A stretch of DNA of 64,000 nt from Wickerhamiella versatilis (taxonomy: Eukaryota), in assembly GCA_030867685.1 (NCBI GenBank), contig JAQOWU010000001.1, positions 620,001 to 684,000 of the forward strand, read 5' to 3'. Position numbers and translations under genes: made by a program. Shown piece after piece: positions 54,394 to 64,000 of the stretch. Within the stretch, counting starts at the first letter, position 1. The number at the start of each line of letters is the position of its first letter. The notes under the pieces are model-generated. The model worked only from the letters and a program-made list of their open reading frames with translations, did not search any database and was not told the origin of the DNA.

Positions 54394-55548
54394 ATGATTG
54401 TGAGTGTTACCAGCGATTGCCGCTACATAGCGCGCATTGAAACAAACAAGCTTATAATAAGTGAATTTGCAGATCTAGATGATGTATTTATCGAGATATT
54501 GCTACCTAAAAACACTGACGTGCGTAGGGCATATTGGGACCCCTCCGCTATATGGTCAGAGAGATTCCTGGCCTTGGAAGGATCAGCATCGATCCTCATC
54601 GTAAAAATTGAGTCTGATGGAACATTTACGGTCGAGAATATGGGGCCATTCGAGTGCTTGAAAAAGTTTCAATGGTTATCTCGGGCAGAAAGCCCGTCAC
54701 CTGCAGTACTAACTGCCCTGGGACTGTATGTTCATGGTGCAATAGGCGCACGTCCAAAGCAATTACCCGTGTATTTCTCTGCCATTGGTGGATGGCTGCT
54801 TCTGTGCCGTGAAAATCACCGTGACATTGTCAGTATTATAAACTCAACAAATTGGGTTGATTTTTGGAAACTTCCTGGGAAAAATGCAACTTGCCTGGCT
54901 GCACACTACTCCCAGCCTATTTACTCGTACTATGACGACATCCTTAGCCAGCTAGTTGTGGCCTCCCCGACGCAGTCATTAGCTCGGCGTAAATCACTTT
55001 CGGTACGGCATATGTCCTGGGTTCAGGGGCCTGGCTTGGGTTTTATATTGAGCATTGAGGCCGAGGCCGTACTCTTGAGGACTGCCGACCTTCAGGTGGC
55101 ACAGCAGCTACCTGATACCTGGTCAGGTGAAGTCTGGTCCATGTGTGAAAATAACTCCGAATATGTTATTACCGAGGTTAACTCCTTGAAGCTTACCGAC
55201 GAGAATATGAGGATCTCAGTGTCGCCGAAGGGCGACCAATACGTGGTGATTTCTCGCAACGTCTTAATCCTTTATCAGTCTCCTTGTATACTAAATACGG
55301 TTGTAAAACACCCTGGTCCCATATTACAAGTGAACTGGCATAGTGATGGTCTCACCGCACTGGGCGAGGAATTCGTAGGTCTTCTTCGCCCAGCTTACGC
55401 CAATCCCCTGGCGATCCACATCAGAAAACCTAAAGGCACGGCTTATGGTAGAGGTCGTCTAATTACTTGGTCACTTGACGAGTTAGCGTACGATGATATC
55501 CAGCCCCTTTATGACGTCACCACTGGGCCAACGTTCATCCCGACCTAG
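54394..55548 (+). CDS. Divergent beta-propeller protein, possibly Wdr8/WRAP73-like
   Basis: Long ATG-initiated ORF; weak WD-like segments (SDCRYIA, VSPKGDQY, ILQVNWHSDG). Confidence 0.45.
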   Translation: MIVSVTSDCRYIARIETNKLIISEFADLDDVFIEILLPKNTDVRRAYWDPSAIWSERFLALEGSASILIVKIESDGTFTVENMGPFECLKKFQWLSRAESPSPAVLTALGLYVHGAIGARPKQLPVYFSAIGGWLLLCRENHRDIVSIINSTNWVDFWKLPGKNATCLAAHYSQPIYSYYDDILSQLVVASPTQSLARRKSLSVRHMSWVQGPGLGFILSIEAEAVLLRTADLQVAQQLPDTWSGEVWSMCENNSEYVITEVNSLKLTDENMRISVSPKGDQYVVISRNVLILYQSPCILNTVVKHPGPILQVNWHSDGLTALGEEFVGLLRPAYANPLAIHIRKPKGTAYGRGRLITWSLDELAYDDIQPLYDVTTGPTFIPT

Positions 55549-55778
55549 ATATGTTGTACCAAGTTGGAAGGTCACAGGCACTGGGTTAGGTAAATTACTT
55601 CAATGGCAAGAAGCGTGACTTAAACTCACCAGGATGGAGAGTGACCCTTCTAATACACAAATATTAGCATATATATTGGTTTGTGGGTCAGTCTGTACGC
55701 GCTTTGACTTCGTAGATCTTAACAACTTGGCGGACTTTCATTCCAGCTTACATATACGTGTTCTGTATATAGCACCAG

Positions 55779-58340
55779 ATGGTGGCCTCGCCAGCGGCCA
55801 CACCTACTTGTTGGGCTGAAAACCAAGAAGAGTGGTTTACGCCAATGCAAGGCACGCCCACAGGAGCTTCACCTGCACATATGCCCAACCCGGGTATGTC
55901 TCCCTTGCAGGTGCGTCAGTGCGCGAAATGCGGGCGGCGGATTCAAGGCCATTTTGTGCGTGCGCTTGGTGTAGCATTCCATTTGGAATGCTTTGTGTGC
56001 GGCGACTGTGGGAAGCAATGTGCCGCGAAGTTTTTCCCAGTGGAGCCTGTCAAAGGCCATCCGCTACCCTTGTGCGAGACATGCTATTTCAAACGTCAAA
56101 ACTTGCTGTGCCATCGCTGTAATGGATCCTTGAGAGGCTCCTATATAACTGCATTGGGACGAAAGTACCATATAGAGCACTTCACGTGTTCTCTTTGTCC
56201 TGTGGTATTTGGCCCAGACGATTCATATTTCGAACACGACGATGACGTTTATTGCAGGTATCATTACGGTCGTCTATATGCCTCAAAGTGCGAAGGTTGT
56301 TCTACAGGCATTCTTAAACAATTCGTAGAGACCTACCGGGGCGGAAAGCAACAGCAATGGCATCCCGAGTGCTACATGATATTTAAATTCTGGAATGTTA
56401 AGCTTGTGGAGTCGCAAAATATTTTGCCTCCCATGCTTTCGAATGATCCCAAAGAAAATCCGTCTCCCGAACAGAGGCTGGAGACCCAAAAGCGAGAAGA
56501 TAAGGTCGATGCTCTTATACTGAGAGTTTGGACCACGCTTTGCGGCTTTGAGGAGGCTGCTGCTGGTACAGTCAGTGAAATGGTTCAAGCTGCACACAAA
56601 GGTGATTATCAAGCCGCTCAAAAAATGACTGTAGAGCTGGTACTTTCAGTAAAAGCATTGTTTGCCGCTATTGAAGGCGTCAAGTTTCATAAGGAGCCGA
56701 AAACACTCTGTCGCAAAATTGTTGCCTATATGTCGCTGATCTCAAAGACTCGACAAATGATTTCAACCCAGAGGGTTCGTCAACTTGCACCAGACTTATT
56801 ACAGCTTGCCAGTGGCATCGCACACTATCTCAAAGTGCTTATTCGCGAAGGATTAGCACACACATTAGCATCAGGAACTTTGCTTAATTTTTTGGATACT
56901 ATCTCCAAAAAGCAAGAACTTAATTCAGAGGTTTCTGCCTTTTCATCGGACAAGTGTCAGACTTGTGGTAAAAATGTGGAGAGTGAGTGTTTCCGACGCA
57001 AAAAGCTAATTTGGCATAATAAGTGCTTCGTTTGCACCATTTGTGGGTCAGATTTGGCCGAAAATGTCAGCAACGCTGGGTTAAATGAATCCGAATTGGT
57101 CTGTCTTAATTGTGGGGGTAAATCTTGCAATTTTGTGCCTGTTACTCGCCTAGAACAGTACGTGGGGCTACTCCACGTTGCATTGGCACGCTTGAGCCTT
57201 GTATTACAACAGAGGGCTCGCTCAACTCCTACCCTTCAGCAACCCGCGCAGTCGCCAGCGGGAGTATCTTCTCCTGTGGTCAGCTCTCAAGCAGCATCGA
57301 GCGAAGATCTCAAGGGCACCACCTTAACAGCTGCTCTTGAAAGGACCTCAGGTGCGCTTCACTCTAAATCCTCAGTGACATTAGATGATATTCGCCGGAT
57401 TGTTGCCGCCGAACAGACTAGGCATCCACGAAAAGCTGTATATTTTGGTCAGCTCAACTCAGAGAAGCTCGGATGGGTTCAAGAGATAGTTCACGTACTA
57501 CTTGAGCCTACAGCCACGGCAGAAAAAAAGGCGACGATTTGGTCAAAAGTTGGCAAGGCTTTAGTGCAGCAGTCTGCAAAGAAACCAAAGGAAGCCGTAT
57601 TTGGTGTTCCGCTCGACACGCTGGTCGATCGATGCGGTGTAGCTCACGAATGCGAGGGTGGTTACGACTTACAGATCCCAGGATTTTTCGAAGATCTTCT
57701 CAACGCAATGCGTCAGAAGGATATGTCCATGGAAGGCATATTTCGCAAGAATGGAAACATTCGAAAGTTGCGTGAAACCATTGAAAGTGTTGACAAGTCT
57801 CCAAATTCACCCGCGCAACTTGCTGATGAGACGCCAGTACAGCTTGCTGCTCTTTTAAAGCGGTTTCTAAGAGAGTTACCCGACCCACTACTTGGTGGGT
57901 CTCGACTGACCAAGATTTGGCTTTCTACTGCTCAGATGGATCTCAACAGAAGAATAAGGACTGTGCAGTTACTTGTATGCATGCTGCCCAAGCCCAAAAG
58001 AGACTTGCTGGAAGTACTGGTAACATTTTTGTCGTGGGTTTCTCTATTTGCCCACGTCGATGAGGAAACAGGATCTAAGATGGATTTGCATAATCTTGCT
58101 ACCGTCATAGCGCCTAACATATTACTTGCTGAAGACTCTGCGCCGGAGCTCGCATCGGCAGCAATAGTACCGGTGGAATTGATGCTTGAGCAGCATTCTT
58201 TAGTTTCACAGGTCCCCAGCGATATTGTTGAAGTGCTGGAAAAAGCTGAGCGGCTAAAGGCAGAACGCAAAGTGGAGCGTCTCTCACCAAAAGATGTTGT
58301 AGAACTAGCTCGCAATTCTAATGTCATTCCGACCGGTTAG
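55779..58340 (+). CDS. LRG1: LIM-domain Rho GAP
   Basis: Multiple LIM domains; EGIFRKNGNIR; GSKMDLHNLATVIAPNIL. Confidence 0.92.
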   Translation: MVASPAATPTCWAENQEEWFTPMQGTPTGASPAHMPNPGMSPLQVRQCAKCGRRIQGHFVRALGVAFHLECFVCGDCGKQCAAKFFPVEPVKGHPLPLCETCYFKRQNLLCHRCNGSLRGSYITALGRKYHIEHFTCSLCPVVFGPDDSYFEHDDDVYCRYHYGRLYASKCEGCSTGILKQFVETYRGGKQQQWHPECYMIFKFWNVKLVESQNILPPMLSNDPKENPSPEQRLETQKREDKVDALILRVWTTLCGFEEAAAGTVSEMVQAAHKGDYQAAQKMTVELVLSVKALFAAIEGVKFHKEPKTLCRKIVAYMSLISKTRQMISTQRVRQLAPDLLQLASGIAHYLKVLIREGLAHTLASGTLLNFLDTISKKQELNSEVSAFSSDKCQTCGKNVESECFRRKKLIWHNKCFVCTICGSDLAENVSNAGLNESELVCLNCGGKSCNFVPVTRLEQYVGLLHVALARLSLVLQQRARSTPTLQQPAQSPAGVSSPVVSSQAASSEDLKGTTLTAALERTSGALHSKSSVTLDDIRRIVAAEQTRHPRKAVYFGQLNSEKLGWVQEIVHVLLEPTATAEKKATIWSKVGKALVQQSAKKPKEAVFGVPLDTLVDRCGVAHECEGGYDLQIPGFFEDLLNAMRQKDMSMEGIFRKNGNIRKLRETIESVDKSPNSPAQLADETPVQLAALLKRFLRELPDPLLGGSRLTKIWLSTAQMDLNRRIRTVQLLVCMLPKPKRDLLEVLVTFLSWVSLFAHVDEETGSKMDLHNLATVIAPNILLAEDSAPELASAAIVPVELMLEQHSLVSQVPSDIVEVLEKAERLKAERKVERLSPKDVVELARNSNVIPTG

Positions 58341-58464
58341 TGCTCGCTTGGATCGACATATTTTTTAATCTACCTGTGATGACTGTGATGAGCAGATGAT
58401 TATTCTATTAGGACTCCATATAGAGACTTGTCTCATGCTTGATATAAGTTTCGATTCTTATTTA

Positions 58465-61400
58465 CTAAATCAATACTATTAATGAAATTAAGATTGCGGT
58501 GAACCGAGTGGTTCTAAGCGAATTTGCTCCATTGGCTTGAGCTGGGGCACTAGACTCGATGAGCTGCTGTGCGATACTGAATGAGCTGTAAGTGCCAGTT
58601 TGGGAATTAAAATTCTGGTGGCTACTCACGGAGTGGACAGAACTAGTTCTTGACTGTTCAGATGTCGCTGTAACAGATGGATATGATGTCTCCTCAGCGG
58701 AAACTGCAGTAGTCGCCGGCTGGGTTGCAGACTTGTCTGTGGTCACTATGACTGCAGAGTCTGTACCGATGCTAGATAGAGTTCCAGCTGCGCCTTCTGT
58801 ATTTAAACTTTTTGATGCAGACTGGTAAGTATAAGGAGGCTGTCTATGAGTGCTTTGAAGGCTACTACACGAGAGAGTCAGGGTGGTAGGAGCTGTGACT
58901 GTGTAAGTCTCACTTCCGAATGGTATTACTGTGGGAGATGAACATACCGTTGTAAAAACAGTTATCTCTGTATTGAACGATGAAGATTTCGGGGCAGAAC
59001 TCTCGCTGGTCGAAGACACAAGCCTAATTTCACTTGTCGATGCCACTGGCTCTGTATTCTGGATAGTTGAAGTTGAAGATTGGAGTTCAGTAAGCTCACT
59101 GCCTGTAGATGCATATGATGCAGTTGGTAACGGTTGAGAAGGTTTACTGCACGGAATTACCAAAGTAGTGGCAGTAGAAACGGTATAAGTGGACTTTCCA
59201 TATGTGAAAGTAGTCGGAGAGGGGCAGAATGTTGTGAAAAAGGTACTAAATCCATTATTGGAACTCATAGGTTCTACGTGACGATCTGAAGACGCCAGAT
59301 TAGAACTCTCGCTAGTCGAAGACACGAGCCTAGTTTCGCTTGTCGATGCCACTGGCTCTGTATTCTGGCTAGTTGAAGTTGAAGATTGGAGTTCAGTAAG
59401 CTCACTGCCTGTAGATGCATATGATGCAGTTGGTAACGGTTGAGAAGATTTACTGCACGGAATTACCAAAGTAGTGGCAGTAGAAACGGTATAAGTGGAC
59501 TTTCCATATGTAAAAGTAGTCGGAGAGGGGCAGAATGTTGTGAAAAAGGTACTAAATCCATTATTGGAACTCATAGGTTCTACGTGACGATCTGAAGACG
59601 CCAGATTAGAACTCTCGCTAGTCGAAGACACGAGCCTAGTTTCGCTTGTCGATGCCACTGGCTCTGTATTCTGGCTAGTTGAAGTTGAAGATTGGAGTAC
59701 AGTAAGCTCACTGCCTGTAGATGCATATGATGCAGTTGGTAACGGTTGAGAAGATTTACTGCACGGAATTACCAAAGTAGTGGCAGTAGAAACGGTATAA
59801 GTGGACTTTCCATATGTGAAAGTAGTTGGAGAGGGGCAGAAAGTTGTGAAAAAGGTACTAAATCCGTTATTGGAATTAGTGGATACGAGATGACGATCTG
59901 TCAAAGACGGCGAGGAAACTAGGATCTCGCTACTACGAGGCGTGAAAGGGGAAGCCTGTGGAAACTTTGCTGAGGAAGATCTGTCGAATGGATACGAAAA
60001 ATCAATTCCGGACGTAGATGATGAAGAGGAAATTGTGCTCCGCGGAGAAGCCACGCTGGAATATGACGTCGGAAAAGGACCACTAAAACCAGTAAAGTAT
60101 GTGGAAGTAGATCCAGCCAAACACTTACTACATGTTATTGTGAGCGTTGTCGCACTAGTCACAGAGTAGACAGAACTCTCTAAGGTGAAAACAGTAGAAG
60201 ATGGGCAGAATGTAGTAAAAACTGTATTAACATCACTAGAGTTATGATCGACAATTGATTGAGAGGTAGATGTGGAATGGACAGTCTGATGTATGTCTCT
60301 AGTGTGATGTGACGGATTTTTCGACAGTGACGATGTATGGGGAACATTAGTGCTGTCTTGAACCACTGGGTGACTCTGCTCCGACTCCTTTTCAGTAGAG
60401 GTTGATCCCAGGTAAAAGTGGCTTGAATCCGATTGTCGTGAAGGAGGAAACGTAGTAATGGTTGGTAATGATAACATACTAGAGCTAGAAAATGAAGATT
60501 CTTCACATTTTCTGCAAGAAATAGTCAAGGTGGAGGCGCTTGTTATGGTGTACGCAGAGTTCTCAATAGTGAAGGTTGTTGGCGATGGACAGAAAGTAGT
60601 AAATATACTTCGTGGCGCAACGAGCTCATTTGTACTTTTAAAGCTAGATTCAGAAGCATTGTTTGAAGAAGCATATAACGACTGAGATTTAGTAGAGCTT
60701 GCCACAGAAACCTCAGAGAATTTTATAGTGGACGTAGCACCCTGTAAAGAAGGTGCGTTCTTACCAGATGAGGTGAGTGCTTCCGATGTTGAAGTTCGCT
60801 CTTCGACTGGTTGATGGCTTGGCAAAGCTGAAGGTTTAGAAGTATATGAGCTGGGAAGACAATGGCAAGAAATTGTCAAAGTTGTAGGCGAGGATACAGA
60901 GTAGACAGATCCGTCAACAGCAAAAGTTGTGGGCGATGGACAATACGTAGTAAATAAAGTAAGAGGTAGGCCTGGCATTCTAGCGGACGCTGTTCCTGTA
61001 GAAATTGGGGAACTTGAAGTAATTTTCTGTGTAGAGAATGTTGAATTGATTTGAGAGGGAGCTGAGCTATGCTGAAGTGTATCAGCTGGCTCAGGACTTT
61101 GGAATGAAGTAGGTGAACTACTTGGATGATACTGAGAGGCACTCGAAACATCTGGAGTCGTGGGCACACCACTTTTTGAGGATAGAATCTTGGTACTACT
61201 TTTCGTTTTCGTGCGCAGATTTTTGCCTGGCGATGTAACCGAATCGGAAAACGTGGAACTCACGAAAATGCTAGTCCCCGAAGAAAGCAGAGGCGGAGAG
61301 TTGACTTCTGCATTCGAGCTTATATTTGTCGATATAGGTATCTTCGTACCAGTCTGAAAACTAAAGATTGACAATGATGCGGCAGAAGATAGCTTCTTAC

Positions 61401-62076
61401 TGGGTGCTGTCGCAGAAGACGTATATGTGATTGCCAAAGAAGACGGAGATGAGTTCGTCAAAGAAGGTGATGATGTGGTTCCCGAAGAGGACACCGATTT
61501 TTTAGAAGGAAATGTAATGGAGAGAGATGCAGTTGAATGAAACTTGGTAGAGTATGATGCAGTAAAAGGAAATTTTGTAGAAGAATATGTTGACATGCTG
61601 TATGGAGGTGAATAGGATTTGGTAGGGAGAGACCCCATAGAAATAAGTGGGGTAGAGGAGGATTTAACTGAGGAAGGCGCATTTGGAGAAGGAGAAGACT
61701 TTGAGCCGGAAAATTGCTGAGTCGTTATAGCTGTCACTTCAAATGAAGAAGATGACACAGAAGAATCAACTAATGTACTTGTCGAACTGGCTATTGATTT
61801 TGTGCTTCGCTTTTGATCATCCGTGAAGGAATTGGTATTGCTCGAGGTAATGACAGAACTGGTAGTAGTTGAATCGTGGGAATTCGTAGGGCTCAGCAGC
61901 GTTACAGAAGAGTCAAAGCTACTACTATGTTGCCAGCCTGGTGTGAACGAAACCGAACTCGTATAAATAGAAGTTTGAGATTTGGCTGGGACTGAAGTTA
62001 CCGTTGTAGGTGTGGTAGAGTTGGACCATCTTACGGTGGTCGATGCAATCACAGACGCTACAAAGAATATTATCAT
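58465..62076 (-). CDS. GPI-anchored Ser/Thr-rich cell wall protein/adhesin-like
   Basis: Signal peptide; seven TT(F/Y/V)C(P/S)..T...T(V/I)...TTL.I.C modules; AQANGAN omega-like site and hydrophobic C-terminus. Confidence 0.88.
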   Translation of the reverse strand: MIIFFVASVIASTTVRWSNSTTPTTVTSVPAKSQTSIYTSSVSFTPGWQHSSSFDSSVTLLSPTNSHDSTTTSSVITSSNTNSFTDDQKRSTKSIASSTSTLVDSSVSSSSFEVTAITTQQFSGSKSSPSPNAPSSVKSSSTPLISMGSLPTKSYSPPYSMSTYSSTKFPFTASYSTKFHSTASLSITFPSKKSVSSSGTTSSPSLTNSSPSSLAITYTSSATAPSKKLSSAASLSIFSFQTGTKIPISTNISSNAEVNSPPLLSSGTSIFVSSTFSDSVTSPGKNLRTKTKSSTKILSSKSGVPTTPDVSSASQYHPSSSPTSFQSPEPADTLQHSSAPSQINSTFSTQKITSSSPISTGTASARMPGLPLTLFTTYCPSPTTFAVDGSVYSVSSPTTLTISCHCLPSSYTSKPSALPSHQPVEERTSTSEALTSSGKNAPSLQGATSTIKFSEVSVASSTKSQSLYASSNNASESSFKSTNELVAPRSIFTTFCPSPTTFTIENSAYTITSASTLTISCRKCEESSFSSSSMLSLPTITTFPPSRQSDSSHFYLGSTSTEKESEQSHPVVQDSTNVPHTSSLSKNPSHHTRDIHQTVHSTSTSQSIVDHNSSDVNTVFTTFCPSSTVFTLESSVYSVTSATTLTITCSKCLAGSTSTYFTGFSGPFPTSYSSVASPRSTISSSSSTSGIDFSYPFDRSSSAKFPQASPFTPRSSEILVSSPSLTDRHLVSTNSNNGFSTFFTTFCPSPTTFTYGKSTYTVSTATTLVIPCSKSSQPLPTASYASTGSELTVLQSSTSTSQNTEPVASTSETRLVSSTSESSNLASSDRHVEPMSSNNGFSTFFTTFCPSPTTFTYGKSTYTVSTATTLVIPCSKSSQPLPTASYASTGSELTELQSSTSTSQNTEPVASTSETRLVSSTSESSNLASSDRHVEPMSSNNGFSTFFTTFCPSPTTFTYGKSTYTVSTATTLVIPCSKPSQPLPTASYASTGSELTELQSSTSTIQNTEPVASTSEIRLVSSTSESSAPKSSSFNTEITVFTTVCSSPTVIPFGSETYTVTAPTTLTLSCSSLQSTHRQPPYTYQSASKSLNTEGAAGTLSSIGTDSAVIVTTDKSATQPATTAVSAEETSYPSVTATSEQSRTSSVHSVSSHQNFNSQTGTYSSFSIAQQLIESSAPAQANGANSLRTTRFTAILISLIVLI
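59000..59895 (-). repeat. Intragenic tandem repeat, 306-bp (102-aa) period, ~3 near-identical copies
   Basis: ggggcagaa..ttgtgaaaaaggtactaaa recurs at 59221, 59527 and 59833. Confidence 0.93.
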
Positions 62077-62343
62077 GCGTGGTTTGAAGAGATTTTGAAC
62101 ATCCCACCTTAGTATTTATGTATAACGGTTGGTGGTTCAGACAGTCATCCAACCCACCGCACCCTTAACTACATGCTATTTAAAACTATCCCCGATTGAA
62201 CCGTAACCTGTAGCTTGAAAAGAAAGAGTAGGTGATTTAGATACCCATAATATAAACATAAATAACACAAGCAGGATACGTTCGTCCTACCTGGCTAAAC
62301 ATAAAGGTACATTATTTTTACAATTGGCTCATTACGCTGCTCA

Positions 62344-63225
62344 CTACTTGACTTCCTGAGCATAAAATTCCTCAATTGACGATGGACCGCCTTCAATATT
62401 GCAATCACTTTGCGCCGCTGGTCCAAACTCTGTAGCCCAAAATCTTTTCTCGTGACCCATGAGAATCTGCTGCTTGACTAGACTTTTGACCCAATCATCT
62501 CTTTGTAGTTGCCGGGAAAGATCTGAAAGTCCCATCGGTGTATTTTCTAATGCTGAGCCTGCCGATGCTTGAGGCGCTACTGGTACGGATCCGGCCAGTG
62601 TAGCACCCTGTGTAACTTGCTGCTGCTGAGGCTGTTGAATTGGTTGCTGTGATGGATTCTGCGATGGATGTGGTGGAATAAGCTGTTGCTGACCTTGTTG
62701 CGATAAAGCTACCTGCTGGGCACCATCCGAGGTGGGCCGAGGTTGAGAACGTAATTGAGATGGCATACTTGGTGGTAATATTGGAGCTACGCCAGAGGGA
62801 GGGGGACCAAGTAGTCCAGGAATATTAGGAGGAGGTATTCCAGCTATCGGAGCTCCAGCAGAAGCAGGTGCACCAAGACCAAGGGTGTTAATCTGGAACC
62901 GCTGCATTCGTGCGGTTTGAAGTGCTCGCTGGTTTGCTGGCCCACGCAACCATTCAATGAATTCTTCCAGATCTTGTGCATCTTCATCAGGTAACCGGGC
63001 CCCAACAACTTGGCATTCCGTAAGGACCAAAACAGCATCCTCGAAACTAACGCTGCGCCCGCGCAATTCAGCTGCCTGTGCTGCTGTTGTGGCTACAAAT
63101 AGAAGGTGCCTAATCAAGACATCATTAAGACAGTCTAATGCATCCCGAGAAGAACGATCCAGTCCTGCTGCTCGGCATAGTTGAGCAGTTGTCACGCGGG
63201 CCACTGCCCGGTGCCAGTCGCTCAT
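62344..63225 (-). CDS. Bromodomain-associated histone-fold protein, TAF3-like
   Basis: AVARVTTAQLCRAAG.D....ALD.L.DV..RHL......A...AEL.GR; Pro/Gln-rich middle. Confidence 0.7.
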   Translation of the reverse strand: MSDWHRAVARVTTAQLCRAAGLDRSSRDALDCLNDVLIRHLLFVATTAAQAAELRGRSVSFEDAVLVLTECQVVGARLPDEDAQDLEEFIEWLRGPANQRALQTARMQRFQINTLGLGAPASAGAPIAGIPPPNIPGLLGPPPSGVAPILPPSMPSQLRSQPRPTSDGAQQVALSQQGQQQLIPPHPSQNPSQQPIQQPQQQQVTQGATLAGSVPVAPQASAGSALENTPMGLSDLSRQLQRDDWVKSLVKQQILMGHEKRFWATEFGPAAQSDCNIEGGPSSIEEFYAQEVK

Positions 63226-63361
63226 TTGAGTATTACTAAGATCACAGAAATCCAATGCATTCACTGACTTGTTTTCAAAGGTATCGACCAAGCCAGTGTG
63301 TATAAAAATACTCTAAATTGAAATATGAATGAAAATATTTATATAAAAATTACTCAAAAAA

Positions 63362-64000
63362 TTACTTTTGAGGTGCATTCTCCTGTAAGTTGAGGTCCCT
63401 GATTTTCTCTTCAAGGTCCTTTTCAAGCTTGTCATCAATCTTATCATCGGTAGTGTTCGGTTTTTCAGCCGGTTTGGGTTTACTCTCAACTTTAGCGTGT
63501 ACCTGATTGTCACCTCCTTCCTGTTTTTCCTTTGGCGCATCCTTCTTCTTGCTTGGTTTCGAAGGTGAAGATGACTCTGTTTCTGCATTGAATACATACT
63601 TCGCATTTCCATCTTTTTCAGTCACCAGGACACCCTCAATCTCAGGGAATTCACCCAATGAGCCGAGTACCAACGTGTCGTTTTTACGATCACCAAAAGA
63701 TCCCACTCTTTCCATGTTGAAAAGCCAACGCGGGACATGCGATTCAACTAATTCTGGGAGCTGAGCAAATGGAAACACTTGCAACGAAGTTCCTGCGACA
63801 ATGCACAGGTCGACATCATCATCGAAGTCTTCATCAATACAGTCAAAGTATCGAGCAGGCAATGCTTCACCAAAGAATACGATATCCGGCTTTACAAGGC
63901 CGCCGCATGCAGGACAACGACACGGCTTTTCCTCTTCCACAGCTTTTTTCACAGTGTCACCATCGACAGTCTTCCCACATTCTATACAATGATTCTCTGC
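63362..64000 (-). CDS. HST2: Sirtuin deacetylase, C-terminal part (5' end outside window)
   Basis: Frame open to the edge (HCIEC...CPAC zinc site), GLVKPDIVFFGE.LP, GTSLQVFPFA. Confidence 0.85.
   Translation of the reverse strand, partial: AENHCIECGKTVDGDTVKKAVEEEKPCRCPACGGLVKPDIVFFGEALPARYFDCIDEDFDDDVDLCIVAGTSLQVFPFAQLPELVESHVPRWLFNMERVGSFGDRKNDTLVLGSLGEFPEIEGVLVTEKDGNAKYVFNAETESSSPSKPSKKKDAPKEKQEGGDNQVHAKVESKPKPAEKPNTTDDKIDDKLEKDLEEKIRDLNLQENAPQK

Noticed and set aside
1-64000. Transposons, LTRs, rDNA, CRISPR arrays, secondary-metabolite cluster
   Set aside because: No transposase/RT, terminal repeats, rRNA signatures, repeat-spacer arrays or biosynthetic core enzymes seen.

Overview
Compact, intron-poor budding-yeast (Saccharomycotina) chromosomal segment. 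Gene content, gene density and two bacterial-type genes suggest the Wickerhamiella/Starmerella clade (inference only). About 45 protein genes are recognisable, mostly housekeeping (AFG1, VMA8, FMO1, ASA1, TFS1, DIC1, SRP54, RPL20, DGK1, MRPL32, YCP4/PST2, CHM7, HOF1, RPL31, FYV10, BMT5, HEM13, CMC4, two GPD genes, EAF6, PAM17, MME1, RRP12, ATG2, LRG1, HST2), plus a tRNA-Gln(TTG) and two Ser/Thr-rich surface proteins. Signals not explained by the ORF track: (1) an ~800-nt non-coding region between SRP54 and a perilipin gene (~18430-19225), built from many long nested helices and ending in a three-way junction plus an Sm-type AUUUUUGG site, a good telomerase-RNA candidate; (2) a tandem duplication (offset ~902 bp) carrying two paralogous 53-aa microprotein genes below the ORF cutoff (14834-14995, 15736-15897, minus strand); (3) a tandem pair of nonaspanin-like proteins lacking the luminal domain; (4) two probable bacterial horizontal acquisitions (YhhW-type pirin, DUF1989 protein); (5) an RRM-YTH protein. 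All family calls come from recalled motif recognition, not from searches.
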